Shown here piece by piece: positions 20,158 through 30,097 of a DNA stretch of 64,000 nt. Made by a program: the position numbers and the translations under genes. The stretch is from positions 17,519 to 81,518 of the forward strand of contig JAPLYG010000009.1 in assembly GCA_026395685.1 (NCBI GenBank), in the 5' to 3' direction. The number at the start of each line of letters is the position of its first letter. The first letter of the stretch is position 1. Origin of the DNA: Candidatus Parcubacteria bacterium. GTDB taxonomy: Bacteria > Patescibacteriota > Patescibacteriia > CAIXNZ01. The notes beneath the pieces are model-generated. The model was not told the DNA's origin. It worked only from the letters and a program-made list of their open reading frames with translations, and searched no databases.

Positions 20158-21264
20158 TTAAATTCCTTCTTTTCCCAATTCTTCCAAAAGTTCCTTTTGC
20201 CTTCTATTTAATTTCTCCGGGGTTTTGACAAGCACTTCAACCAGCTGGTCTCCCCGGCCATAATGCTGAAAACGAGTCACGCCCTTACCCCGCAAAATAA
20301 AAACCTTGCCGGATTGGGTAGCGGCTGGAATTTTCAAATCAACTTCGCCGTCAACTGTCTGTACGCTTATTTTTCCTCCCAAAGCAGCCAAAGAATATGA
20401 AATTTCAGTTTGAGTTAAAATATCATCGCCTTCACGTTTGAAATATGGATCAGACTTAACATGGATATGAATATATAAATCACCTGCTTTGCCGCTTTTA
20501 ATGCCGGCTTCACCTTGGCCAGCCATTTTCAAACTCATGCCGTTATTCAAACCGGCTGAAATTTTCACGTCCATCTGAACCTTTTGTTTTATCCTTCCCT
20601 GGCCATCGCACTGAGTGCAATTTTTCTCATTAATTTTACCTTCACCCCGGCATTCGTCACAGGCACCAATGGTCTGAATATTGCCCAAAATTGTCCGCTG
20701 CATTTTATGAACCTGGCCTTTACCGTCACAAGCTTTGCAGGTAACAATTTTACTGCCCGGTTCTGCGCCATTGCCATGGCAATGCTCGCAAGAAATCAAT
20801 TTAATCAATTCAATTTTTTTGTCCGCGCCAAAAACCGCTTCTTTAAATTCCAATTCCAAACCAATTTCAATATCCCTGCCCCTGGTTTCCCGACGTCGGC
20901 GACTTCCACCGCCAAAACCTCCGCCGAACATACCGCCTAAAATATCTCCCAAATCACCCATATCGAAATCTACGTTACTGTAAGAACCACCGCCTTGTCG
21001 CGCCTGGCGCATAATATCTTCCCAGCCCATACCTCCGCCAAATCCACCCTGCTGAGTAAAATCAGAGCCAAACTGGTCATACTGCTGGCGTTTCTCATCA
21101 TTTGCCAAAACCTGATAAGCCTCATTGATTTCCTTAAACTTTTTTTCATCACCGCCTGGTTTATCAGGATGAAAAAGATGGGCCTTCTCGCGGAAGGCCT
21201 TTTTGATATCTTCTTTGGAGGCGGTTTTTCCGACGCCAAGTATGTTATAGTAATCCTTTGACAT
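20158..21264 (-). CDS. dnaJ: Chaperone DnaJ
   Basis: J-domain HPD, G/F region, four CxxCxGxG repeats. Confidence 0.97.
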   Translation of the reverse strand: MSKDYYNILGVGKTASKEDIKKAFREKAHLFHPDKPGGDEKKFKEINEAYQVLANDEKRQQYDQFGSDFTQQGGFGGGMGWEDIMRQARQGGGSYSNVDFDMGDLGDILGGMFGGGFGGGSRRRRETRGRDIEIGLELEFKEAVFGADKKIELIKLISCEHCHGNGAEPGSKIVTCKACDGKGQVHKMQRTILGNIQTIGACDECRGEGKINEKNCTQCDGQGRIKQKVQMDVKISAGLNNGMSLKMAGQGEAGIKSGKAGDLYIHIHVKSDPYFKREGDDILTQTEISYSLAALGGKISVQTVDGEVDLKIPAATQSGKVFILRGKGVTRFQHYGRGDQLVEVLVKTPEKLNRRQKELLEELGKEGI

Positions 21265-21327
21265 TTATAAATCGTTAATCGTTATTCGGGACCGATGTTC
21301 GTTATGTTATATACAAATCACTATTTA

Positions 21328-22548
21328 TTAATCACGTTCCTTCATTCCTTTCTCCTTAAAAATCTTTTTTACTTCCTCAAGAAATTCCGGATTCTTATCA
21401 AAATCTAATTTTGTACCATGGAAAATATCTCTTAAATACTTGCCGATTGTTCTCTCAATTGATAAAAAAACTTCCGGTCCGCCGGCAACCATACCCTGTC
21501 TTTGCCAAATTTTCAAAGTGGAAGCCACATCCTCAATTTCCTCGCCCGGATTGATTAAAATCAGATCATCAACCGGCGTTTTTTTCCCAAGTGCCTTGTC
21601 ATGCTGGAAGTCTTCCTGCTGTTTTCTAACCTGATTCTGCTTTTTTATAAATTCAGATGTTCCGGAAGTAATAAGAGTTACCTGATAGCCCTTTTTCAAT
21701 TCGCTTTCAGTCGGATTCTTCTCAATACCGATACCACGTCTTTTATTGACCAATTCCAGAATTACATCAATCTTATTCACGATATCATCATCGGCCGTGG
21801 CATTACTAATATCAAAATTCCATTTCACGCCTAAGTCAAATGCTACTTTGGTCAGCAAACAGTTAATCATTCTTTCAAAAACAAAACCTGAAGGCATCTC
21901 AGTGTAGCTTTTACCAGCCGCCCTTAAAACCTTAATCTTTTTTAGAGTTTCATATGTTTTTAGGTATGCGTTACCGATGCCTTTGCCCTGATTATTCTTC
22001 GGAATCTTGTTAATCTCAATTCTTTCAATCAGTAATTGCTCCTCTTCAATTTCATCCAAATGCGCATCAAATATTTTGGCATTATAAATATTTATAAATT
22101 CAGCCAATTCCGGCTGATTTTCCAATGCCTTAATGTCATAATACATGCCCCAACCAATATCACTAATCAAATCGCCAGCTGTGCGTTTTGCTTGATAACC
22201 GCCTTTGGCTTCAAAAATGAACATCTGAGATTCAGAATCGTATTCAATCGGGCGAGTATTTGCCACTTCCGGCTGTTCGCCCTTCCTTTTGGCGATTATT
22301 AAACGCTGTCGTTCCACTTCCAATTCAAAGATTTTTCTTTGAGCTGGCGTCTTATCAGGATCATTGACATCAATATTGCCATAAGCTTTAATCTGCCGTT
22401 TCAGCTGTGATTTTATCTTTTTATATTCATCCGTGCCAAGATCTTCCTCACTGCTATTTTCAAATTCAATTTTTTGGCGCGCCAAATCAGCCGCCGCTAC
22501 ATAATCAAAGCCAGTTTCAGATTGTTCCTGTTTCTCAAATGATAGCAT
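21328..22548 (-). CDS. Hypothetical protein, possible PD-(D/E)XK-like fold
   Basis: Long ORF; GFVFE...DD...KIDV...GYQVT pattern; start uncertain. Confidence 0.6.
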   Translation of the reverse strand: MLSFEKQEQSETGFDYVAAADLARQKIEFENSSEEDLGTDEYKKIKSQLKRQIKAYGNIDVNDPDKTPAQRKIFELEVERQRLIIAKRKGEQPEVANTRPIEYDSESQMFIFEAKGGYQAKRTAGDLISDIGWGMYYDIKALENQPELAEFINIYNAKIFDAHLDEIEEEQLLIERIEINKIPKNNQGKGIGNAYLKTYETLKKIKVLRAAGKSYTEMPSGFVFERMINCLLTKVAFDLGVKWNFDISNATADDDIVNKIDVILELVNKRRGIGIEKNPTESELKKGYQVTLITSGTSEFIKKQNQVRKQQEDFQHDKALGKKTPVDDLILINPGEEIEDVASTLKIWQRQGMVAGGPEVFLSIERTIGKYLRDIFHGTKLDFDKNPEFLEEVKKIFKEKGMKERD

Positions 22549-22706
22549 AGAAATATAATAATTTGTTAAACACTTATTAATTTTCACAGATATCACAGAT
22601 TTTCGAAACATTATCCGTGTAATCTGTGAACAAAATCAGTGGTTCCGTTACCTACACCGTCGGAAACGGTATCCCCCTTGGCGCTTTTTCCCTTTTCCCC
22701 ACACGA

Positions 22707-22755
22707 TCGAACACTTTAGTGTTCGAGGGCGACCTTTGACACTAAAGTGTCAAAG
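22707..22755. repeat. Pair of oppositely oriented hairpins (REPIN-like)
   Basis: TCGAACACTTTAGTGTTCGA and CTTTGACACTAAAGTGTCAAAG. Confidence 0.7.
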
Positions 22756-22765
22756 CCTCTGAGGG

Positions 22766-23050
22766 TTAAACATTCGGGAATGGGATGCCTTTGGGAGCAT
22801 CTGCCTCTTTAATCTCGCCGAACGACTTCTCATACATCTCCAGATTATCCTGCAGGGCCTTAATAATCCTTTTCATATGTCCGGGACTTGTTATCACCCT
22901 GGCGGTCATTATCCCCTGTGGAGGCACCACATTGGCAAAATCCAAAATAAACTCCTCTTTGGTATGCATTACCTGCATCATGTTGGCATACCTCCCTTCC
23001 AGAATCTCATCCGTAATCTTGATATTGATTTGATTGGGTTGATTTTCCAT
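22766..23050 (-). CDS. DUF3467 family protein
   Basis: GRYAN...V.HT.EEFILDF......ARVI.SP.HMKR...AL..N...YE..FG.I. Confidence 0.85.
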   Translation of the reverse strand: MENQPNQINIKITDEILEGRYANMMQVMHTKEEFILDFANVVPPQGIMTARVITSPGHMKRIIKALQDNLEMYEKSFGEIKEADAPKGIPFPNV

Positions 23051-23086
23051 AAAACTTATAGATTATTAATGAGGGAAAAATTATTA

Positions 23087-24988
23087 TTATTTTTTCTCTT
23101 CAAATTCACCTTCTTCCGGCTTTTTATCTTCAGCCTTTTGATCTTGATTGCCCTGATCCGCCGAAGCTTTTGCGGAGGCTTCCTGTTGAGCCTTATACAT
23201 CTCCGCTCCGATTTTTTGAGCGGATTGCATAACCGCGTCATTGGCTTTTTTAATAGCTTCGGCATCTAAACCGTCTTTAACCTTTTTCAATTCCTCAATC
23301 TTATTTTGAACTTCCTTTTTCATATCAGGATTAACCTTGTCGCCCAATTCAACTAAAGTCTTCTCAGTTGAATAAATCAAGGTATCGGCTGAATTTTTAA
23401 CTTCAATCAGTTCCTTTTTCTTTTTATCTTCTTCAGCATGGAGTTCCGCGTCTTTTTGCATTTTATCAATTTCTTCTTTAGATAATCCTGAAGAAGCAGT
23501 AATGGTTATTTTTTGTTCTTTACTTGTCGCCTTATCAACTGCCTTAACATTTAAAATACCATTAGCATCCAGATCAAAAGTAACTTCAACCTGAGGCATG
23601 CCGCGCGGAGCCGGTGGAATCCCAGATAAAATAAAACGACCTAAAGACTTATTGTCAGCCGCCATTTCACGTTCACCCTGCAAGACATTTATTTCCACTG
23701 AAGTCTGGGAATCAGCTGCCGTTGAAAAAACTTGCGATTTGGAAGTCGGGATGGTCGTGTTGCGGGCAATTAATTTGGTGCAAACACCACCTAGGGTTTC
23801 AATGCCTAATGATAATGGAGTGACGTCTAATAGCAAAACGTCCTTAACTTCACCCTGCATTACGCCTGCCTGAACAGCAGCGCCAATGGCTACGACTTCA
23901 TCAGGATTAACTCCCAAATGAGGCTTTTTGCCAAAAAATTCTTCCACTTTTTTCTGTACCAAAGGCATGCGGGTCATACCGCCGACCATGACGACTTCTT
24001 CTATTTCAGAGGTTTTAAATCCGGCATCAGCTAAAGCTTTTTTGCATGGTTCCAAAGTGGCTTCAACTAATTCACCGACCAGCTCTTCCAGTTTAGCGCG
24101 GGTCATTTTCATAACCAGATGTACAGGACTGCCGTCAGCACCCTGGGCAATAAACGGCTGATTAATTTCAGCTTCCACTGAAGAGGACAATTCAATTTTC
24201 GCTTTTTCACCGGCATCTTTGATTCTTTGCAAAGCCATGGGATCCTTAGACAGATCCAAACCGTTTTGTTTTTTAAATTCAGAAATTATCCAATCAATTA
24301 TTTTCTTGTCAAAATCATCACCGCCTAAATGAGTATCGCCGTTTGTTGATTTGACTTCTACAGTATCGGCGGTAACGTCCAAAATAGAAATATCAAAAGT
24401 GCCGCCGCCCAAATCATAAACCGCGATTTGCTGATCTTTTTTCTTGTCAAAACCATAAGCCAATGCAGCAGCAGTCGGTTCATTAATAATTCTTTTAACA
24501 TCCAGTCCGGCGATCTTACCGGCATCTTTAGTTGCCTGTCTTTGAGAATCGTCAAAATAAGCTGGCACAGTAATTATCGCCTCGGTAATTTTTTCACCGG
24601 TTTTCTCTTCAGCATCAGCTTTTAATTTCTGCAAAATCATGGCTGAAATTTCCTGAGGAGTATATTCCTTATCGTTCATTATAACCTTAACTCCGTCGCC
24701 TGACTGAATTAATTTATAAGGCAAGGTCTCTTTGTCTCTTTGCACTTCCTTGTCAGTCCATCTGCGACCGATCAAGCGTTTGATGGAAAAAATGGTGTTG
24801 GCTGGATTAGTTACAGCCTGCCTTTTAGCCAGCTGCCCAACCACTCTTTCTCCTGCTTTAGAAATAGCTACGACTGAAGGAGTTGTGCGCATGCCTTCTT
24901 TATTTTCCAGCACTTTTGGCTCACCGCCTTCAATAATCGCCATACATGAATTAGTTGTACCCAAATCAATACCTAAGATCTTTGACAT
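23087..24988 (-). CDS. dnaK: Chaperone DnaK
   Basis: [28 protein letters not shown]. Confidence 0.98.
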   Translation of the reverse strand: MSKILGIDLGTTNSCMAIIEGGEPKVLENKEGMRTTPSVVAISKAGERVVGQLAKRQAVTNPANTIFSIKRLIGRRWTDKEVQRDKETLPYKLIQSGDGVKVIMNDKEYTPQEISAMILQKLKADAEEKTGEKITEAIITVPAYFDDSQRQATKDAGKIAGLDVKRIINEPTAAALAYGFDKKKDQQIAVYDLGGGTFDISILDVTADTVEVKSTNGDTHLGGDDFDKKIIDWIISEFKKQNGLDLSKDPMALQRIKDAGEKAKIELSSSVEAEINQPFIAQGADGSPVHLVMKMTRAKLEELVGELVEATLEPCKKALADAGFKTSEIEEVVMVGGMTRMPLVQKKVEEFFGKKPHLGVNPDEVVAIGAAVQAGVMQGEVKDVLLLDVTPLSLGIETLGGVCTKLIARNTTIPTSKSQVFSTAADSQTSVEINVLQGEREMAADNKSLGRFILSGIPPAPRGMPQVEVTFDLDANGILNVKAVDKATSKEQKITITASSGLSKEEIDKMQKDAELHAEEDKKKKELIEVKNSADTLIYSTEKTLVELGDKVNPDMKKEVQNKIEELKKVKDGLDAEAIKKANDAVMQSAQKIGAEMYKAQQEASAKASADQGNQDQKAEDKKPEEGEFEEKK

Positions 24989-25244
24989 ATGTTTGTAAAA
25001 TTTAATTATTAGTAAGCTTTTCAGCTTAGAGCTCTGGGCTTAGGGCTAGTGCTCTAAGCTCAAGGCTCATAGCTCCAAACAAATATTTTTTAATACCCTT
25101 GACAAAATCAAATATTATGGTTATATTAATTAAGTAATTACGCAAATCTTTTTTAAGGAGGAAAAAAAGATGACGTAACGAGATTATTTTCTGCTGCGGA
25201 AAAGTTCCAAGTACAAACTGTCGAAAAGTTGAGGAGGGGTTTCC

Positions 25245-25631
25245 ATGTCTGATTCCGTTTGCGTTTGCGTAGAAATGCCAAAGAGTATGGGCCGAGTCAA
25301 AGCCAGAGAAGTGCGCTGGGAAATTCAGGCCCCGGTAATTAAAGCGGTCCAGTCCATCTGCGACAGCTGGGTAGATTCCCAAAAAATCGCCGCTTCCATA
25401 GCCAATGCTATCCCTAAAAAAACTCTCCGAAGAAAAATTGCGGCTGAGGAAGCAAAACCCAAAGCTTACAAAAAACCCGTCGTGGTGGAGGAAAAGATTT
25501 TTCTGAGCCTGCCGGAAAGAAAACGCGAACAGTATTATGTCAAACTCAGGGTTGCCAGAGAAGGTGTGGTTGAAGTACATCTTCATGAAAAACAAGAACT
25601 TATCGACCGAATAAAAGCCGGCCACGCCTGA
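25245..25631 (+). CDS. Hypothetical basic protein in a stand-alone cassette
   Basis: GAGGAGG SD, promoter TTGACA-N17-TATATT (25099-25127), terminator 25642-25673. Confidence 0.65.
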   Translation: MSDSVCVCVEMPKSMGRVKAREVRWEIQAPVIKAVQSICDSWVDSQKIAASIANAIPKKTLRRKIAAEEAKPKAYKKPVVVEEKIFLSLPERKREQYYVKLRVAREGVVEVHLHEKQELIDRIKAGHA

Positions 25632-25680
25632 TCCGACCCTTAGCCTGTTCCCCTTGCGGAACAGGCTTTTTTTATTTAAT

Positions 25681-25810
25681 TAAAAATTCAAAGTGCAAAT
25701 TTCAAAGTTACAAAGCAAAGTTCAAAATGTTGGAACATAGTTATTAATAAACTTCCTAAATTTTTAATTAATAACTGCAATTTTGCACTTTAAACTTTGA
25801 ACTTTAAACT
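25681..25810. repeat. Heptad-periodic imperfect inverted repeat, family B
   Basis: (CAAAGTT/G)n left arm, (ACTTTGA/AA)n right arm; siblings at 28720-28850 and 39132-39260. Confidence 0.7.
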
Positions 25811-26289
25811 TATTCACTCACCACCACTTTCGCCGGCGCTAAAACCTTTCCCTTTATTAAATAGCCGGAACTAATTTCAGCAATTATAATATCTGATTCA
25901 ATATCTTCTTTTTTTTCCTTATTAACCGCTTCATGGAATTCCGGATTAAACTTTTCACCGACTGTTTTAATTTCTTCAATGCCGTATTGCTTCAAAAAGT
26001 CCCCGAACTGCTTTTTAATCGCTTTGACCCCATCTACCCAGGCATTGCTTTGTTCAGCCGGCACAATCGCAACCGCCTTTTTCAAATTATCGTAAACTGG
26101 CAAAATTTCCATAATCAAAGCAGAATTGGCCAAATCAAAAAATGACTTTTGTTTTTCATCCATTTCTTTCTTAAAATTGACATAATCTGCTTTAGCCCGC
26201 TTCCAGCCGTTTAAATACTCTTCACACTGGGCTTTGAGCTTTTCGATTTCTTCCTTGTTGTTATCTAATTTTGTTGTTTGTTCTGGCAT
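25810..26289 (-). CDS. grpE: Nucleotide exchange factor GrpE
   Basis: KRAKADYVNFKK, ILPVYDNL, FNPEFHEAV, GY.I..KVL.PAKV.V. Confidence 0.95.
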   Translation of the reverse strand: MPEQTTKLDNNKEEIEKLKAQCEEYLNGWKRAKADYVNFKKEMDEKQKSFFDLANSALIMEILPVYDNLKKAVAIVPAEQSNAWVDGVKAIKKQFGDFLKQYGIEEIKTVGEKFNPEFHEAVNKEKKEDIESDIIIAEISSGYLIKGKVLAPAKVVVSE

Positions 26290-26382
26290 ATTTTTTCGTT
26301 TTTGGTTATTCGGTATCGATATTCGTTACGTTAAACGTTGATCGAAAAACGTTACGCTAAACGAAACCGCATAACGAATAAC

Positions 26383-27078
26383 CTATATTTTAGTTAACGA
26401 ATTACTAATAAACTCCACCAGCGCCAAATTTTTATTATAATCCATTCTCTTTGGCCCTAAAATTATAAATAAACCGGTTGACTTATCATTTAAAAAATAC
26501 TTGCCAAAAACCGAGGAACAATCATCGCCAAAAGGATTTTTGGAGCCTATTAAAACTTGAACCTTATTAATCTTATCAAAAACCTGTTTAATCTTGTCAT
26601 CCAGATGGTCAATTACTTCAGAAACATTTTTAATTAAATTCTGGTCGCTAAATTCCGGTTTTTTAAAAAGGTTGGCTAAGCCGGTGTAATAAATATGATC
26701 TTTATCAAAAGCAACGATAACTGTAGCGTCAGCCAGTTCCACTGCGGTCTTGGCCAGATTTTTCATCAGTTCATCATCGTCAATTTTTTGTTTCAATACC
26801 AGTTCAAATGACTTGCGCCAGGTAGCTTTGATTTCCCGCTTTTCTACAAAATTATCGACATAGAATTGATAACCTTTTTCAGTCGGTACTCTGCCGGCAG
26901 AAGTATGGGGCTGGTAAATCAATCCTTCTTTTTCCAAATCCGCCATTTCATTCCTGAGTGTGGCAGATGATAAATCCAAGCCACCCTTATCCACCAAAAA
27001 GCTTGAGCCGACTGGTTCGGCTGTCTTAATATGCTCGTTAATGATCAAATTGAGTAATTTTTTCTGCCTTTCATTCAT
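26383..27078 (-). CDS. hrcA: Heat-inducible repressor HrcA (short form)
   Basis: AEPVGS, LSSATLRNEM..LE..G.I.QPHTSAGRVPT.KGY, GPKRMDY. Confidence 0.92.
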   Translation of the reverse strand: MNERQKKLLNLIINEHIKTAEPVGSSFLVDKGGLDLSSATLRNEMADLEKEGLIYQPHTSAGRVPTEKGYQFYVDNFVEKREIKATWRKSFELVLKQKIDDDELMKNLAKTAVELADATVIVAFDKDHIYYTGLANLFKKPEFSDQNLIKNVSEVIDHLDDKIKQVFDKINKVQVLIGSKNPFGDDCSSVFGKYFLNDKSTGLFIILGPKRMDYNKNLALVEFISNSLTKI

Positions 27079-27278
27079 AAAATAATTTAATCACCAATCA
27101 TCAATTACCAATCATCAAACAATACCTAATTATTAAATCCTACTAACTAAAACGTTTTAAAATTTAGAATTTGGGCATTTGAATTTGTTTGGATCTTGGA
27201 GTTTGATTATTGATTATTATAGCTACATTTATTACCTTTAAATCCAATTCAAACCTTACTTATAGTATAATGCAGCTA

Positions 27279-27305
27279 TTAGCAGTCGTCAAGCCCGAGT
27301 GCTAA
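27279..27305 (-). promoter_or_regulatory. CIRCE operator overlapping the -35 of the hrcA promoter
   Basis: TTAGCACTC-N9-GACTGCTAA (1 mismatch); TTGACG-N17-TATACT overlaps it. Confidence 0.9.
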
Positions 27306-27416
27306 TAGGTTACTAATCTACTACCCCCCTAATTTGTAGATTAGTAGCTTATTAGTAAATTAGCAGCAATAAAAAAAGGCAAGCTTTCGCCTGACTTCAG
27401 ACTTCGAACTTCGGAC

Positions 27417-28673
27417 TTATTCTTTTCTCAGTGCCACCATTGGATCCAAAGCTGCCGCGCTTCTCGCAGGGTAAATGCCAGAAACCAGGCCCACAAAAAT
27501 TGAAATGCCTGAAGCCAATAATAAGTAAGTCAAAGAAAAATAAAACTGCCAGTCAAAATTTAAAAAATTAGTAGCTACATAGCTGATGAGCCAGGTTATA
27601 AATACGCCAAGAATAATTCCCAAAATTCCGCCCATGAAAGTTATAATCACGGCTTCAACTAAAAACTGATTTAATATATCAGCTGACTTCGCGCCCAGGG
27701 CTTTGCGCAAGCCGATTTCAAAAGTACGCTCGGCCACAGAGACATACATCACATTCATAATCCCCACGCCACCCACGACTAAAGAAATACAAGCCAGGGC
27801 AAAGAGTAAAATTTTTATAGCGCCGGTAATCACAGCCAGCATTTCCAAGGCCTGATCAGAAGTCGTGGCTGCAAAATCATCCATGTTCGGATCAGTAATA
27901 TCATGAAGATCCCGCATTAAATAATCAATATCATCAACCGTCTCAGGACCTAATGATTTATCCTTCATGGTTGCCATGATAAACGTGACATAATCAATGC
28001 CCAAAATTAATTTCTGCATAGATCGCAAAGGCATGATGATCATATCATCCATGGAAAAAACCCCGGCGCTTCCCCTTTCCGCCATGACTCCGACTACTTT
28101 AAAATTATATTTTTTTATTTTCACAAATTGTCCGATTGCTTGCTGATCGCCAAACAAAGAATCCTTGATCTTACTGCCTAAGACAATGACCCTGGCCAAC
28201 CCCTTGTCTTCCGCATCAGTAAAAAACCTGCCTTCGCTGATTGTGCCTGTATCTACCCGCTGAAAACCCTCGGTGACGCCAAAAATCATAGAAATTTTAT
28301 TTTTATCTTCAAAGGAAACTACTTCCTGCCCTGTTGAGGCAGAGTAGACATCTTTTATATTGGAAAGTTTTTGAATTTCCACAGCATCTTTTTCTTTCAT
28401 GGTAGTAATGGTAATGCCCTGAGCCATGCCCCCGGCATTTTCCACTGAAGTATGCCCGGTTGCCGGAATTTTTACTTCCACCTGCACCCAATCAGTGCCA
28501 AACTGAGTAACCTGGCTGGTAATAAAAAACTCAATCGCTTTGCCGGCTGACAAAACCACAATCACCGCGGAAATACCGACGGTAATGCCCAGAATCGTCA
28601 AAACAGCCCTTAGCTTGTGGCTGATAATGGCTGCCCTGGCGATTTCGATTGATTTTCTGGTCTTCGTAAACAT
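27417..28673 (-). CDS. MacB/FtsX-type ABC permease
   Basis: LTILGI.VG, GGVGIMNVM.VSV.ERT.EIGLRKALGA, YPA..AA.LDP. Confidence 0.9.
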   Translation of the reverse strand: MFTKTRKSIEIARAAIISHKLRAVLTILGITVGISAVIVVLSAGKAIEFFITSQVTQFGTDWVQVEVKIPATGHTSVENAGGMAQGITITTMKEKDAVEIQKLSNIKDVYSASTGQEVVSFEDKNKISMIFGVTEGFQRVDTGTISEGRFFTDAEDKGLARVIVLGSKIKDSLFGDQQAIGQFVKIKKYNFKVVGVMAERGSAGVFSMDDMIIMPLRSMQKLILGIDYVTFIMATMKDKSLGPETVDDIDYLMRDLHDITDPNMDDFAATTSDQALEMLAVITGAIKILLFALACISLVVGGVGIMNVMYVSVAERTFEIGLRKALGAKSADILNQFLVEAVIITFMGGILGIILGVFITWLISYVATNFLNFDWQFYFSLTYLLLASGISIFVGLVSGIYPARSAAALDPMVALRKE

Positions 28674-28851
28674 ACTTTATATTAAGTTCGGTTTACATTC
28701 TTCATTCCTTAGAACTAATTTAAAGTTCAAAATGCAAAGTGCAAAGTTACAGTTTAAAAATAATAATTTTGGTATTTATATAATAAAAAATTTCCAAAAT
28801 TTTAAACTAATAATTGTAACTTTTTAATTTTGAACTTTGAACTTTCAATTC

Positions 28852-30093
28852 CTATTCGTATTGCAGTGCCTCAATCGGATTTAATTCCGAAGCCTTAAAT
28901 GCGGGATAAAGGCCGAAGAACAAGCCGACTAAAACAGAAATTGAACATGATAAGAATACTGCGGAAACTGAAATTACAAAATCCCAATTATAGCCCAACC
29001 ATCTGGCAATCAGAGCAACTAGAAGTGACATCAAAATACCAAAAATAATTCCGATAATACCCCCGAATAAAGTCACGGCAATTGACTCGATTAAAAACTG
29101 GCTGAGAATATTTTTTCTTTTGGCTCCCAAAGCTTTGCGCAAGCCGATTTCCCTGGTTCTTTCCGTAACATTAATTAACATGATGTTCATAATGCCGATA
29201 CCGCCGACCAAAAGTGAAATCGCGGCAATCGCGGCCAAAAAGTATGTCAGAGAATCGGTAATGGATGAAAAAATTTCAATCGCCTGGGCCTGAGCGCGCA
29301 CAGTGAAATCATCCAGTTCTTTGGAATCCAGATGATGCTGATCTCGCAAAACCGCCTTGATATCTTCAACTGCCTGATTGACATTCTCTGAAGAATTCAC
29401 CTTAATTCTGGCCAACGAAATATAATCAATGCCCAGCATGATTTTCTGGCCGGTGGAAATGGGAATAAAAACATAATTATCCTGGTTTTCAAAACCTGAC
29501 GTACCTTTGGCCGTCATCACGCCAATGACGCGAAATTGGTGCTTTTTTATTTTTATCAGCTGGCCCAGAGCTTCCTGATCGCCAAAAAGTTCTTTTTTTA
29601 CAGTCGCGCCTAAAACTACCACCTTGGACAGATTTTTTTCCTCTTCGGTATCAATAAATCTGCCTTCAGCCACTGAAATATCATGAACAATAGGATAGCT
29701 GGCAGTCGTAGCCACAAAAGTACCGTTAAATTCATTGCCCTGCCAGTTCATAGTCGCACTCCCGCGGACATAATAAGTGATTGCCTCAACATTGGGCACA
29801 TTTTGCGCGTTTTCCAGCGCCACCATGTCGGAAACCTTCAAGCTGGTATTAGCTGAACCAAAAACGCTGGGTGGCGGACCGGCTTCCTCTGAGGCACCTG
29901 GAAAAATAGATATTTGATTAGAACCCAAAGCCTTGATCTGGTTCAAAATCAAACTTTGTGCCCCTGCCCCCACAGAAATAATCATTATAACCGAAGAAAT
30001 ACCAATAATAATCCCGAGCATTGTTAAAAATGTTCGGGTCTTTTTTGACTTCAAACCGGTAAAAGCGATTCTTAAACTAGAAGCCAATTCCAT
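28852..30093 (-). CDS. MacB/FtsX-type ABC permease
   Basis: LTMLGIIIG, GGIGIMNIML..V.ERTREIGLRKALGA. Confidence 0.9.
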   Translation of the reverse strand: MELASSLRIAFTGLKSKKTRTFLTMLGIIIGISSVIMIISVGAGAQSLILNQIKALGSNQISIFPGASEEAGPPPSVFGSANTSLKVSDMVALENAQNVPNVEAITYYVRGSATMNWQGNEFNGTFVATTASYPIVHDISVAEGRFIDTEEEKNLSKVVVLGATVKKELFGDQEALGQLIKIKKHQFRVIGVMTAKGTSGFENQDNYVFIPISTGQKIMLGIDYISLARIKVNSSENVNQAVEDIKAVLRDQHHLDSKELDDFTVRAQAQAIEIFSSITDSLTYFLAAIAAISLLVGGIGIMNIMLINVTERTREIGLRKALGAKRKNILSQFLIESIAVTLFGGIIGIIFGILMSLLVALIARWLGYNWDFVISVSAVFLSCSISVLVGLFFGLYPAFKASELNPIEALQYE

Positions 30094-30097
30094 ATTC

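Noticed and set aside
25024-25076. CIRCE upstream of dnaK
   Set aside because: TTAGAGC..GCTCTAA inverted repeat does not fit TTAGCACTC-N9-GAGTGCTAA; more like the periodic repeats.
25026-25625. 199-aa - strand ORF
   Set aside because: Shadow of the + strand gene, which has the SD, promoter and terminator.
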